A stretch of DNA of 54,658 nucleotides, counting the filler, from Catajapyx aquilonaris (lineage: Eukaryota), in the NCBI GenBank assembly GCA_000934665.2. It is 3 parts of 3 records of this genome, joined end to end, with 100 filler letters (N's around TTAATTAATTAA, not from the genome) between each part and the next. Parts side by side here need not be neighbours in the genome. Positions count along the whole stretch, not along the records: positions 1 to 18,385 come from JYFJ02006803.1; 2 more parts are not named here. One strand, 5' to 3'. The notes beneath the pieces were generated by a model. It was not told the origin of the DNA, did no database searches, and was given only the letters and a program-made list of their open reading frames with translations. Every line of letters begins with the position of its first letter. Position 1 is the first letter of the stretch. Positions 1 through 10,918 of the stretch are shown in pieces. Position numbers and translations under genes: made by a program.

Positions 1-38
1 AATAACGAAGAGCCTTCTCAAAATAATATCCCCCTCAG

Positions 39-363
39 TGGGGAGGCGAAGTGGCGCAGCGGTGACGCTATTAATATTATTATTAATATTAATATTACGG
101 TCCCGGGTTCGATCCCCACCCGGGGTCCCCACCTTTATCCGTGCAGAGTTGGGCCATCTCTGGCTTCATTTCGGGTGGCAATTTCCGATAGACTAAGCCA
201 CCCGGGGGAGTTCACAAAATGACCGTTAGAGACACTGCACTTGCACTTTGCACATCCCCTCCTACCTACCCTGGAGTAATTAAATAAGATCTTCTTATAT
301 GGCTCCAATTTCCGATGGTGGTAATCCACCCCCCTAAAGGATATGGTAAATCCCAATGGGGTA

Positions 364-406
<43 letters not shown>
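39..406 (+). mobile_element. tRNA-derived SINE, full length, with target-site duplication
   Basis: A-box TGGCGCAGCGG at 52-62, B-box GGTTCGATCCC at 106-116, (AAT)n tail from ~363. 17-bp direct repeat aataatatccccctcag at 22-38 and 407-423, partly overlapping the tail. Confidence 0.88.
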
Positions 407-413
<7 letters not shown>

Positions 414-909
414 TCCCCCTCAGCCCGCTTATTCCGATGACATGCATTGATAAGCATGCACACACCTTTCGCTATAGGTCGCCCAGCATCAATCGCTACC
501 TGTAAACCACGCTGTAAACAGTGGCAACGACAGAAAGAACGCTAATTAGCACTCTCCACATGCCGATGTCTGAACACGCCCAGTTGCCAGGTAACGCCAA
601 AGTCGTTGTTTACACTTTTTATATGCTATTGTGCACGGCACTGTACCTGTATTGGGAAGCACAGCAGTGTGTCCGCCAAGTCTCCTCCCTCCCTTCCTCC
701 CTCCACCCGCACTGCCCCTTCCTTTACCTTGTTACTCTACACACGAGCCCCTTGTAACTCAGGACTGGGTAAGGCTGCAGGTCTGAGATTTGCATGGCCT
801 GGTCTTACAGCGGGACGGACCTCATAAAAAAAAATCATGAAATTTGGACAAATGGTCCCCGGTTTATAAGGGCCCAAACAAGAGTATTTTCCTGTGTATA
901 ACAATATAG

Positions 910-1054
910 GATTTGGGACGCAAATGTTCAAATTTCGAGTTATAGAAATTCGAGTTAGGGGAGGTATATTTCCTATATTCTTGTACATTGTGACCAACCA
1001 AGCTCGTCATTTTCTGCGACTTATAGAGAACTTCCACTTATGGAAGTTTTACTG
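910..1054. mobile_element. Partial pogo/Tigger-like MITE (right end), related to 46726-47277
   Basis: Subterminal ttcgagttatagaaattcgagttaggg and terminus acttatggaagttttactg|ta match the right end of 46726-47277. Left boundary approximate. Confidence 0.65.
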
Positions 1055-1306
1055 TAGCTAACTTTTGTAATTATTAAATTTGTTTTTATCGATCCTTTTT
1101 ATTTCACAGCCCATCTGAACTAATTTAAAAATAGCCCTCGTATCGTGACTATTCCATGGCTATGCTGCCATCTGCAAGCAGAACATTGCTACGCCTTCTT
1201 CATCTGACTAAATGACGATGATCTGCTTGCAATAAGTCATACTCACCTCACGATGCACGACTTAATTTTGCATAATGACTCTTCCGGCGTAGAATTACCC
1301 TAGTAG

Positions 1307-1517
1307 TATCAAAATACACCTCACAGTGTCCTCTATCAGTGATACAAACGGAATTTTGGAATACGAAATGGTTACGGAGCTATAGGTACTGACGTGGAGC
1401 GCTGCGCTAGTGGCCACGCCCGCTGAATGAAAAAGAGCGGCCCACCTAGGTCCGTCTGCATGTCTCAGGTAGTGTACGCTTGTCCTTTTTGTGTTTAATT
1501 CACTTAGGAAAATAGTT
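1307..1517. mobile_element. Inverted fragment of the adjacent foldback element
   Basis: Near-identical reverse complement of 2302-2510. Confidence 0.8.
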
Positions 1518-1577
1518 AATATAGTTATAGCTTTAATATATCTAGAAATATAGTTCCAAATAAAATTGGTCCGCTAC

Positions 1578-2873
1578 TGGGCAATCCCACGTGAACGTGA
1601 TTACCTTTTTGCACGAAAACATTTGACCGTCAATAAGTGTCAAAGTGTGAGATATGTTTAGGTCCAGGTTAGAACCTTTCGCATAAGGATTTGGTCCGCT
1701 GATGTGTGGTTGCCTCTCTACAGGCGCAAATTGTACTTTGATCACATTTACACGACAATGTAAAGGCTTGATGTGATACAAGTTTCACGTGAGAAATTGT
1801 CTCCTCTTTTCGACGAAAATGCTAACTTCCCGACAGATGTGCAAATTAATGGCAAAATGAAAGAATTTTTGCAAACAAATGAAATATTCGAAACGAGAGC
1901 CAAAGTTAAATGGCATCAGTCATCACATTGATATCAAAAAATTCCTCAGAGTGTCCTCTATCAGCCATATACAAACGGAATTTTGGCATACGCAAGGGCT
2001 ACGGAGCTATAATCACTGACGTGGAGGGGTGCAGGAGTGCAATATATTCCATTATTAGTGAAATAGTGTATGGATCCGCAAGGAATTCCGTACAGGTCTC
2101 AACAGTGAACGTTCATTTGGACTGTAACTAGGAACGAAAAGAGGAATGAACATAAAAATAAAAAGTAGGCTACATGTTTCTCTATTCTAAATAATCAAGC
2201 ATATTTTAACACAGACTTGACACTTGTGAAAATTGAAACTTTGTTGAACATGACCAGGGAATTTTCCTTTATTCTTACTATTCTATGGTAAATTTTTTTG
2301 GAACTATTTTCTTAAGTGAATTAAACACAAAGGACAAGCGTACACTACTTGAGACATGAAGACGGACCTAGGTGGGCCGCTCCTTTTCATTCTGTGGGCG
2401 TGGCCACTAGCGCAGCGCTCCATGTCAGTACCTATAGCTCCGTAACCACTTCGTATTCCAAAATTCCGTTTGGATCACTGATAGAGGACACTGTGAGGTG
2501 TATTTTGATATCAATGTGATGACATTTGATTTTGGCATTTTTTTGAAAATCTCATTTGTTTGCAAAAATGTCGATTTGCGACATGAATTTGCACAGCTAT
2601 CGGAAAGTGACTATTTTTGTCGGAAGGAGGAGACAATTTCACACATGAAACAAGTATTACATCATGCATTTACGTTGTCGTGTAAATGTAATAGGGGGCG
2701 CCTCTAACTGCGACCCAAGTGCAATTAGCGCCTGTAGATAGGCAACCACGCATCAGCGGACCAAATCCTTGTGGGAAAGGTCCGAATGTGACCTGGACCT
2801 AAACATATCTCACACTCATCGATGGGCAAATTTTTCCATGGAAAAGGTGATCACGTTCACGTGGAATTGCCCA
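1578..2873. mobile_element. ~1.3-kb non-autonomous foldback DNA transposon with ~450-bp imperfect TIRs; superfamily unassigned
   Basis: 1578-2026 aligns to the reverse complement of 2418-2873. Termini tgggcaatcccacgtgaacgtgat / atcacgttcacgtggaattgccca. No clear TSD. Confidence 0.8.
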
Positions 2874-3159
2874 CAAGTAACATCGTTAGAGCAACCCAGT
2901 AAAGTTCATATCTGTAACTATTTTGATTTTCAAATGAAAAGGGTGGGACACTTTGATCAAAAATGGGATTGGGGGGGGGTTATCGTTAGTCTTTTGTTTC
3001 TCCCCCTCCTCTTGTGATTTTTGGGTCATCTTCATGTCTGTAAATGTACATCAACAGATCTTCAAAAATCAACTCAGGTCATCTCTGTAACCTTTCCAGT
3101 TTTTGAATACAATGGAGGAGAAAATTCACCAGCTTTTTGCAGGCAGACCCATTATTTAG

Positions 3160-3629
3160 CCCTTAACTACGTAGGTGGGCGAAACACCTTTAACTACGTA
3201 GGTGGAGCCTGAGAGGCTCCAACGGTATATTTAAATTTCTGCTTATCAACTAAATTGTTATATTGGACTTTTCACATACAGAAAGTGCAGTTCAGATCAT
3301 TAGGCTTCCGAAAACGTAAAAATCACACGCTGAGTCAGCATATTCCGACAGGGAAAAAATTTTAATTAAAAGGTTACATCATGTTTGAGCCGCTCAGGCT
3401 TCACCTGCATAGGTAGAGCCTGAGCGGTTCCAGGAGGGACCTGTTCCTCGTTACGAATTTTTTTAAACCAAAGAATAGGGACTAAAAAAAATTTTCTTTC
3501 CTTTTCATGCTTAGGAAGATTTTTCTGACAAAGTCACGGAAGGACAGGGGAAAATAAAATTCAATGAAAAAGTTACATGCGTTTAAATAGTGCTTGGAGC
3601 CTCTCAGGCTCCACCTACGTAGTTAAGGG
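3160..3629. mobile_element. piggyBac-like MITE with TTAG duplication
   Basis: CCC...GGG termini (cccttaactacgtaggtgg / ccacctacgtagttaaggg), flanked by ttag at 3156-3159 and 3630-3633. Subterminal gagcctgagaggctc palindromes. Confidence 0.8.
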
Positions 3630-3633
3630 TTAG

Positions 3634-3912
3634 TCTAACCCCTGTATATGTTGATTGTGTTTTGACAACTTCCAATAACTGGAAAAAATTATCCAAGGCC
3701 CCATTTCCAAAATTTCGCGATTATTTCCCTTCCCACGGTATTTCGCAATTTGGCTGAAACTTGATATGCAGTGTTACGGCATAGTTGTGTACAGCCGTGA
3801 TTATTTGCAGAAAAATCTGTCAGCCACTTTTAATTTCATATAAAATTTATTAATCGCGATGGTATTAACTACATGGTGGGGTCCGAAAAGACCCCACGTT
3901 GGTGGTTATGGG
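3634..3912. mobile_element. Probable piggyBac-like right-end remnant
   Basis: Ends ggggtccgaaaagaccccacgttggtggttatggg|ttaa. No matching left end found. Confidence 0.4.
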
Positions 3913-4351
3913 TTAATGATTACCACAGTGCATGGGGTTGTGAATGGAGGTGTGTTATAAATGGCCAATGCAGACGTCTCTGGTAATGTGACGTATGGCA
4001 ATCAAGACGCCGACTTTACATGGCAAAGGGCCAACAGATATTCACAGTCTTTGCTGCAGATTGTGCGAGGGCCTGTGTCAAACAAGACGAGACTATGTAA
4101 CATTCGAGGAAAATGCAAAAACCCTTATTAATCATGAATGTCGAATGCATGTGGTACCTAGCAAAATAACACGATTACTTTAAAGATCACAAGATGAACA
4201 GACATGAGGGGTGTGGTGGAAAATCATGATAACTGACAAAGGTGTAATTTTGCAGGAGAGCGAATTGAAGTTTGCATTTTCTTAGCGAATCATAGGGAAT
4301 GTTTGTTTTCATCTAGTCCGTGTGGCCGTCTGGTGCATGATACGTGAACTA

Positions 4352-4450
4352 GGAGTATACCAAACTGTTTGTCATGTCCTATACATAGTTGCTAGGTGTG
4401 CAGGTCAAAATTGACAAAAATGGGGGTCATCATGTTTATCCACTACACCC
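4352..4450 (+). repeat. Dispersed direct repeat; second copy at ~5908-5998
   Basis: ataccaaactgtttgtca...ttgctaggtgt(g/c)caggtcaaaa...aaaatg(g/a)gggt occurs at both loci. Confidence 0.6.
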
Positions 4451-4727
4451 TTCACATCTGGAACCAGACTGTACTGTACGTGAAAAGGTCCAATGAACTG
4501 GAGTATGTTTGTGAGAGTGGGCAGAGTGCAAGACCCCGCCCTTTTTCTGTACCTGTCACGACTAGGAACGGCACTTACCGTAGTATGCATGGCAGTGCAG
4601 TGAGAGGCATGCCATGAGGTAAACGATGGAACGTGCTGCTTTCATCCTGTAGAACAACGTATTGGTGCGCATACACAAACACCACCGGCCTATTTGGGGG
4701 GTGACCAACTTGGCGTGCCGAGTAGCG

Positions 4728-4812
4728 CTTGCTTGGCTTGCTTGTCCTGCCCTGCCCTGCCCTGCCCTGTCCTCCCGCCCTCCCTCCCTGCCTGCCTGAC
4801 TCACTCACTCAG
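4728..4812. repeat. Compound microsatellite (GCTT/GCCCT/CCCT/GCCT/CACT)
   Basis: Direct reading. Confidence 0.8.
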
Positions 4813-5179
4813 TCTGGCAACTGTGCCACTGTGGCACCACCTGCCACCTGCAGGCAAGGCAGGTAAGTAGGGGAAGTAGGGGAAGCAACGAGAAATAAAT
4901 AAGATAGAGGCCGTAAAGGTCGGCCATCTTTGATGCAATTGGCGGCCATGCCTGGGTCATGTCACTTCACTGCAAAAGAGATGTCATAGGCTTTATCGCA
5001 GCTTATAGGTCTGGTTTTTAAGGGTAATCATAGAGCAAAAGAAAAGGAAGTTAGATGTTAGCTGCATGTTAGCATTAGCTTTAACTAATTTTCTAGCCAT
5101 TTAGCATTAGCTATTTAGCAAATCCAATTTTTTATAGTTAACTGATCAGCTGTTAGAGAAGCTGATTTTTCGGTTAGCT

Positions 5180-5262
5180 GTGCCCACCTTTGCTTGTTTC
5201 AGTACTTTCATTCCGCCGCGGATGTCTTACTACCCTTTTTTTCACTCCAGGGAATGTTTTTT
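5180..5262 (+). repeat. Dispersed repeat; second copy at ~36777-36845
   Basis: cttgtttcagtac(t/c)ttcattccgc...gtcttact...agggaa(t/a)gttttt is shared by both loci. Confidence 0.6.
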
Positions 5263-6026
5263 CTCCTATTGTTTAAATGCCATCGCCCCTAAAATTGACT
5301 TACCATTATACGAAAGGTTGTCAATGACATTAGAAAATGGTTCGGAGCATGGTTGGTTCGGAGTGTTTAGAATGCGACTGTACCGAATATCTGCCACCAG
5401 GGCTGGAAATAACACGACGACGACGTGAGATGTGTTTTAGTGCTAACACTGCTAACTGGTGGACGACGTATACCGGTATACTGGTTACGTTTGCTGGTTT
5501 ACTCCACGTGCCCGACCTGGCTGCCCACGGTGCCGCCCACGGCCAAGTAGTCGCTATTCTTTGGCCGTCTCAGGTTCATGTTCGGAGTACTCCGCCGATC
5601 ACCTCTGCCCAGCAACCCCTCAGCCCCTCCGCATCACATGACGATGGCCGGCCCTGACGAGAGAGGGGGATATTTTCTTGGTTCCAAACTCCCTTCCGAA
5701 GTGAAGATACTATGCAGCAACATATGTACGGGCCGCCTCAGCGAACGCGCCTTCAAGGGCTTGTTACAGTGTACGACTTTAATTTTATTTCTTAGGATCA
5801 CTCACGGTATACGCCCCCCCCCCCCNCCCCCCCCCCGACAGTTACATTGTTATTGTTCTGTCATTGTTGCCCATTGTGACGTCATTAGTTCCAAACCGGA
5901 ATTCATTATACCAAACTGTTTGTCAGAATGTTTTGCTAGGTGTCCAGGTCAAAAATTACCAAAATGAGGGTTGTCACCTTTTTCCACAACACCATTCATT
6001 TCACTGCTGTATGGCATATATATGTC

Positions 6027-7312
6027 GTAGCCCCAGAGCGAAATTGGGCACTTAATGAAATGTCTACTGAAATGGGACATGTGCTGTAGTGCAATCTCCA
6101 TGAAGAATTACAGCATGTGCCCAGAACTATCTGACTGTTCGCGAAGTGTCAGCAACGTGTGTTGGACTGATTCAGAATCTAGCCAGTGTACATGGGCAGC
6201 TGAGCGAAACCAGAAGGTGTGGAGGGCATCAGGAGATGCCGAGTGCAGGCCATACCTGCCCATGACCTGGAGAAAATGTGAGGAGGGAATGTCTGGAAGT
6301 CCAGGAGTTGGTCCTGACCAGCCCCCGGACACTCATACTACCTTCTGCTGTTATCACCTGCCGGCGCGTTTTGCAGAAGGTGCTCACTTGAGAGCGCCAT
6401 GAGACATTTCACTCTCCGGATAACTGGCGACCCTACCGGACTAGGCTGAACTTTATAGGTACAAAAGGGAAGCGCTACATTGGTGAACCCAACATGGTTG
6501 CCGGCCACTATTTTGGGCCAGCATGTAGCGCTTCCCTTTTGTACCTGTAAAGTTCAGCCTAGTGCGGTAGGGTCGCCAGTTATCCGGAGAGTGAAATGTC
6601 TCATGGCGCTCTCAAGTGAGCACCTTCTGCAAAACGCGTCGGCAGGGGGTAGGTGGGAGTGTCCACTGTCCAGGCCTTATCTTCTATGGCCGTGGTCCTG
6701 ACTCTTGAGCCAAAGGGTAGTCCAGGTACGGAAAGGTTGTCATCAGTACTGTGAGTGAAGGCAAGTACTTGTCTGATTGGTTGATCATAAGTGCCATTTG
6801 GTGGGGCAAAGATATGTACGAGGAAGTAACCAAAGTGCACTGCTGCAAATCTTCTCTCTTCAGCATTCTCATGACCAATTTGGTCATCTCAAAGTCATAC
6901 GCAGACTCCTGATGCGATCACAGTGCGGATGACAACCTTTCAGTACAGTCACCTGGACTACCCTTTGGCTCAAGAGTCTGGAACAATTATTATTCAACTC
7001 CTGGACTTCCAGACATTCCCTCCTCACATTTCATCCAGGTCATGGGCAGGTATGGCCTGCACTCTGCATCTCTTGATGCCCTCCACACCTTCTGGTTTTG
7101 GTCAGCTGCTCATGTACACTGGGTAGATTCTGAATATGCGGAATCAGTCCAACCAGTTGCTGACACTAAACGAACAGTCCAATATTTCTGGGTACATGAT
7201 GTAATTCTTCACGGGAATTTGCACGAGGATTTTTGGCAATAGTAATTCAGTGGCAAGGAATCCAAGTGTGTAAGTCCAAGGTCTCTTCGATGCCGACTCG
7301 CTCTGGGCCACA
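6027..7312. mobile_element. Foldback element with long inverted arms; host of the hairpin insertion at 6319-6694
   Basis: 6089-6310 plus 6703-6754 align to the reverse complement of 6918-7224. Weaker outer match cccagagcga / tcgctctggg. Outer limits approximate. Confidence 0.7.
6319..6694 (+). mobile_element. Hairpin non-autonomous element, copy 1 (P-superfamily-like, 8-bp TSD)
   Basis: TSD gtcctgac at 6311-6318 and 6695-6702. Ends CAGCCCC...CCGTG. Internal palindrome of ~290 nt. The empty site is preserved in the host's opposite arm (ttccagactcttgag). Confidence 0.85.
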
Positions 7313-7394
7313 CACCCCCCCCCCNCCCCCCCCCCGTGGAGCTGCACCCCAATTGGCCCGCCTTTGGCGCTAGGCATCCCTGCCAGGGCCTACC

Positions 7395-7551
7395 CACCAC
7401 CGCTAGAGAGCTGGCAACAATAACCTGGAGTTTGTCGTCAGCGGAGTGACCAATGAAGCATGACAAATACCAGGACCACCACTACAGGGCTGGCAACAAT
7501 AACCTGGAGTATGTCGTCAGCGGAGTCACCAATGAAGCATGACAAATACCA
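7395..7551. repeat. Tandem duplication, 79-bp period
   Basis: gctggcaacaataacctggagt(t/a)tgtcgtcagcggagt(g/c)accaatgaagcatgacaaatacca starts at 7410 and again at 7489. Confidence 0.85.
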
Positions 7552-7883
7552 CACCTGCAACAATCAACCAACCTGCCAACCAACCAGCCAACGAATCAAT
7601 GCAGTCAATCAACCAACAATCAACCAACAACAATGAGTGCTGTCGTGGTGAAATGGACAATAAGCACAGTGCATGGGTGGGAGGTGGGGAGTGGGGCAGT
7701 GGGATGCCGAGGGTGTGAGGGGGAGCGGTGAGGCTCCCCTAGGGGAGGAGGAGTCGGGGCGTTGCGTCGGGGGCAGTGGGAGGCTGTGGGTGGGGGATGC
7801 GATCGCAGCGCTCGTCTATCAGCCAGGTGGGGCAACTATCAGGGGGTGTTACACTTTATTTTTTATCTCAAAAACGGCGGGGT

Positions 7884-8126
7884 CTTCTGGTCTGTTCATT
7901 GTTGGCCGCAGTTGGCAAAACTGAGACAGGTCAACAGGCAGCGTTGTTTAGTTACCAGCAAATAAAATATTATTGTTACATGGCCATTGGACCTAATATC
8001 AGCAGGTGCTATTCCCGATTCTCCAGAAAGAGCCAGAAGGCATCTCTTAGCAACGACTTGCTTATAAACAAGCAGCTTGCGCGATTTTTTCAATAACTAC
8101 TGGTGCCATAGAGTTGGATCACCCTG
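7884..8126 (-). mobile_element. Tc1/mariner-type MITE family A, partial copy
   Basis: Reverse complement of 15994-16236. Ends gatcaccctg|ta. Confidence 0.85.
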
Positions 8127-8138
8127 TATATATATATA

Positions 8139-8274
8139 CAGGGTGTTTATTGTAACTCTGCAAAGACTTTCAGGGTTAATAGAGGGGACCAAGCCAAGTA
8201 TTTTTGACATAGGAACATAGGCAGCTTGTTGATTTTTCCAATAACTGTTGGTGCCACAGAGTTGGATCACCCTG
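8139..8274. mobile_element. Chimeric mini-MITE: left end of family B joined to right end of family A
   Basis: 8139-~8217 matches 10379 onward; ~8221-8274 matches ~16482-16535. (TA)n on both sides. Confidence 0.75.
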
Positions 8275-8378
8275 TATATATATATATATATATATATATA
8301 CAGGGTGGTCCAACTTTTTTGTCCGAACAGCTATCACGCAGCTATTGACAAATTCGGCCTAAGCTGCTTATGTTGTAG

Positions 8379-8579
8379 TGCGTTACCTGGCAACCCTGTC
8401 CGGCGGGCCAATTCAAACATCAGCCCATGGAGAGCACTTTCATTGTTGCCACTGTTTACAAATCGAATGAGTGAGTGCGCAGGCAGAAGAGATCCGTCGC
8501 TGGGTCATCCGCGTCACTCACTCAATTAGTAGACAGTGGCAACAATGGAAGCAGTCTCCATGGGCTGATGTTTGAATTG
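8379..8579. mobile_element. Hairpin MITE; second partial copy at 16896-17030
   Basis: caattcaaacatcagcccatggaga...ttgccactg pairs with cagtggcaac...tctccatgggctgatgtttgaattg. The right arm is cut at the N at 8580. Confidence 0.7.
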
Positions 8580-8580
8580 N

Positions 8581-9673
8581 GGGGGGGCCCCCCCCCCCCG
8601 GCCCCCCCCCCCCCCCCCGTGGGGCTGCGCCCCACCTGCGCGCCTTCGGAGCGGTGCCCGTATTCCGCCAAACCCATCCGGTTACAGAACTCAGTGACGT
8701 CACCGGTAGCGATGAGGAATTTCCGAACGTGCCCTCTCTGACGTATCGTTCAAAACAGCGCTTGGGATGACAGGTGGGACCATCTGTGACGTATCATTCC
8801 CACGGCGTGTTTGAGCTGTGTGTTTGAGCAGGGCCCTGGTTTGAGTGACAAGCGGGTGGAGAGGAGTGGGTGGTCCATTGTTCTCGGGGATCCGGGGGAG
8901 TTTGCGGATACATTAATTTCGCGATCTCGGGTTTGCGTCTACATTTAATTTGGCGATCTCCAAAACGGCTGGGAATTTTGCGATTATGAGGATTTTTGGG
9001 ATCGCTGTACCGGAGGCTAGAAATACAACGGCGTAAGTCCGACGTCTCTGCGACGCCGGGAAGTGCGAAATCTTTTTCATCCTATATCCTCGGCGGGGGG
9101 CTTTATATATATTAGACTCGCTTTGCGAGCCGGTGGGGCTCCGCCCCCCCGGACCCCCCCGTGGGGCTGCGCCCCACTTGCGCGCCTTCGGCGCGTTGCC
9201 CGCATTCCGCCTAATCCATCCGGTTACAGAAATCAGTGACGTCAACGGTAGCCGTGGGGAGAATGCGAACGTGCCCTCTGTGACGTATCGTTCAAAACAG
9301 CGCTTGGGAGGACATCAGGACCATCTGTGACGTATCATTCTCACGGCAGGTTTGAGTAGTGTAAAGATCCCAGAGGGTGGAAGGGTGGGGGTGGGCCATT
9401 GTTCTCCTTCTTTACGACCATCTGCCGGCAAGGTCGCAAGTCGATCCGAGGCAGTTAGCGGATACATTAATTTCGCGATCTCGGGTTTGCGTCAACATTT
9501 AATTTGGCGATCTCGTAAACGGCTGGGAATTTTGCGATTTTGAGGATTTTTGGAATTGGTATATCGGCGGCTAGAAATCCAACGGCGCAAGTCCGAGGTC
9601 TCTGCGACGCCGGGAAGTGCGAAATCTTTTTCATCCTATATCCTCCTCGGATTGGGGCTTTATATATATTAGA
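8581..9673 (-). mobile_element. Non-autonomous Helitron, two head-to-tail copies (unit ~557 bp)
   Basis: Minus-strand 5' ends TCTAATATATATAAAGC at 9673 (preceded by A) and at 9116. GC hairpins near the 3' end (cgcgccttcggcgcg, ctcgctttgcgag). No TIR or TSD. Canonical CTRR terminus not seen. Confidence 0.7.
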
Positions 9674-9958
9674 TTTGATTTAGTTCCTCGTTAGCGGTCA
9701 CTCTGCACATCAGGAACTGGATGAGAGACGTAGCCCGCAGTTAACATATAAGGCCAGGGCTTGCTGCAAGCAATATTAAGTGCAAGCAGTCCAAAAAACC
9801 AGCCACACAGAATATCGGCCTACAACTGCTTCCTACGCACCTACCTCCCCGTCCCCTTCTGATGATCTCGCATATAGGCTTCACTTGTTTTTCCCTCGCG
9901 CCATTGTGTGCGCCATCTGTCGCTCAACTCGCGGTACACTTTCGAATATGTTCCAAAC

Positions 9959-10332
9959 GGAACATTTACTGAACATTGACGGAACATTCAAATCGAGCAT
10001 TCCACAAAATTATGTCGAGCTACGAACATTCACTGAAAGTTCACGGAACATTCAAATAGAGTATTCCACAGATGTCCAGATACGAACATGCACTGAACAT
10101 TCACTGAACGTACAGAACATATTAGCAACATTCCCTGCACATTCACGAAAGTTCACATCATGTTAGTGTGTCAAAGGGGAACATTCACTGAACATTCACA
10201 GAACATTCATATAAAGCATTCCATGTATGTCCACCTACAAACATTCACTGAATGTTCACTGAATGTACAGAACATACAGCACATTCCCTGCACATTCACG
10301 AACGTTCACTTAATGTTCGTGTGTCAATGGGG
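9959..10332. repeat. Array of gaacattcac motifs with two ~150-bp units ending gtgtcaa(a/t)gggg; likely a transposon subterminal region
   Basis: Direct reading. Resembles subterminal repeat arrays of CACTA/EnSpm-like elements (inference). Confidence 0.55.
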
Positions 10333-10378
10333 CTGAAGCTTGTGCGCCATTTACCGACCACCCTGTGTATATAATATA

Positions 10379-10918
10379 CAGGGTGTTTCCTTTAACTCTG
10401 CAAAGACTTTCAGGTGTAATAGAGGGGACCAAGACAAGTATGTGTGACATAGGAACCCGTGTCCGGAAACGCCATCTAGAGGGGGTTCATAGACAAGGAA
10501 CGGGTGCGCTCGGACGCGTCAGGAGAGAGGCGCTAGTCGAGCGGACTGTTTTGTTGATAGATGGCGCTCGGATAGTAAACACCGGTGTGATGTGCCATGG
10601 CAACAGCAGAGCCATCTAGCAACTAAAGTCCGTCTCCTAGGAGACGCGCGGATAGTAAACAATGGTTCTGTTGTTGCCAGGTTATACACAAAGGTTATAC
10701 ACCTTACACCATAACCTGGCAACAACTGCACGCCATCTGTCAACTAAACAGTCCGCTCACCTAGCGCCTCCCGCGTGACACGTCTGAGCGCACCCGTTCC
10801 TTGCCTATGAACCCCCTCTAGATGGCGTTTCCGGACACGGTTTCCTATGTCAAAAATACTTGCCTTGGTCCCCTTTATTACCCCTGAACATCTTTGCAGA
10901 GTTACAGGAAACACCCTG
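10379..10918. mobile_element. Tc1/mariner-type foldback MITE family B (540 bp, ~190-bp TIRs)
   Basis: ta|cagggtgtttcc...ggaaacaccctg|ca. An extra left-end fragment follows at 10936-10964. Confidence 0.85.

Larger units (their letters stand above)
8301..10365. mobile_element. Probable Tc1/mariner-type element C containing nested insertions
   Basis: ta|cagggtggtc ... gaccaccctg|tg. Only a 10-bp TIR links the two ends, and an N lies inside. Confidence 0.45.

Noticed and set aside
39..125. Functional tRNA gene (also 49652-49720)
   Set aside because: The first has no anticodon arm and is followed by a SINE body, tail and TSD. The second has degenerate boxes and runs into a SINE-like core.
582..596. 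RFX X-box-like gttgccaggtaac motifs (also ~8382, ~10673, ~16899)
   Set aside because: Most occurrences lie within MITE arms, and nothing links them to regulation of a gene.
7896..8093. Near-identical 65-aa ORFs at 7896-8093 and 16027-16224 as a duplicated gene
   Set aside because: They lie in the TIRs of two copies of MITE family A.
9959..10332. CRISPR-like array of gaacattcac repeats
   Set aside because: Short, degenerate and irregularly spaced repeats, no cas genes, eukaryotic context.
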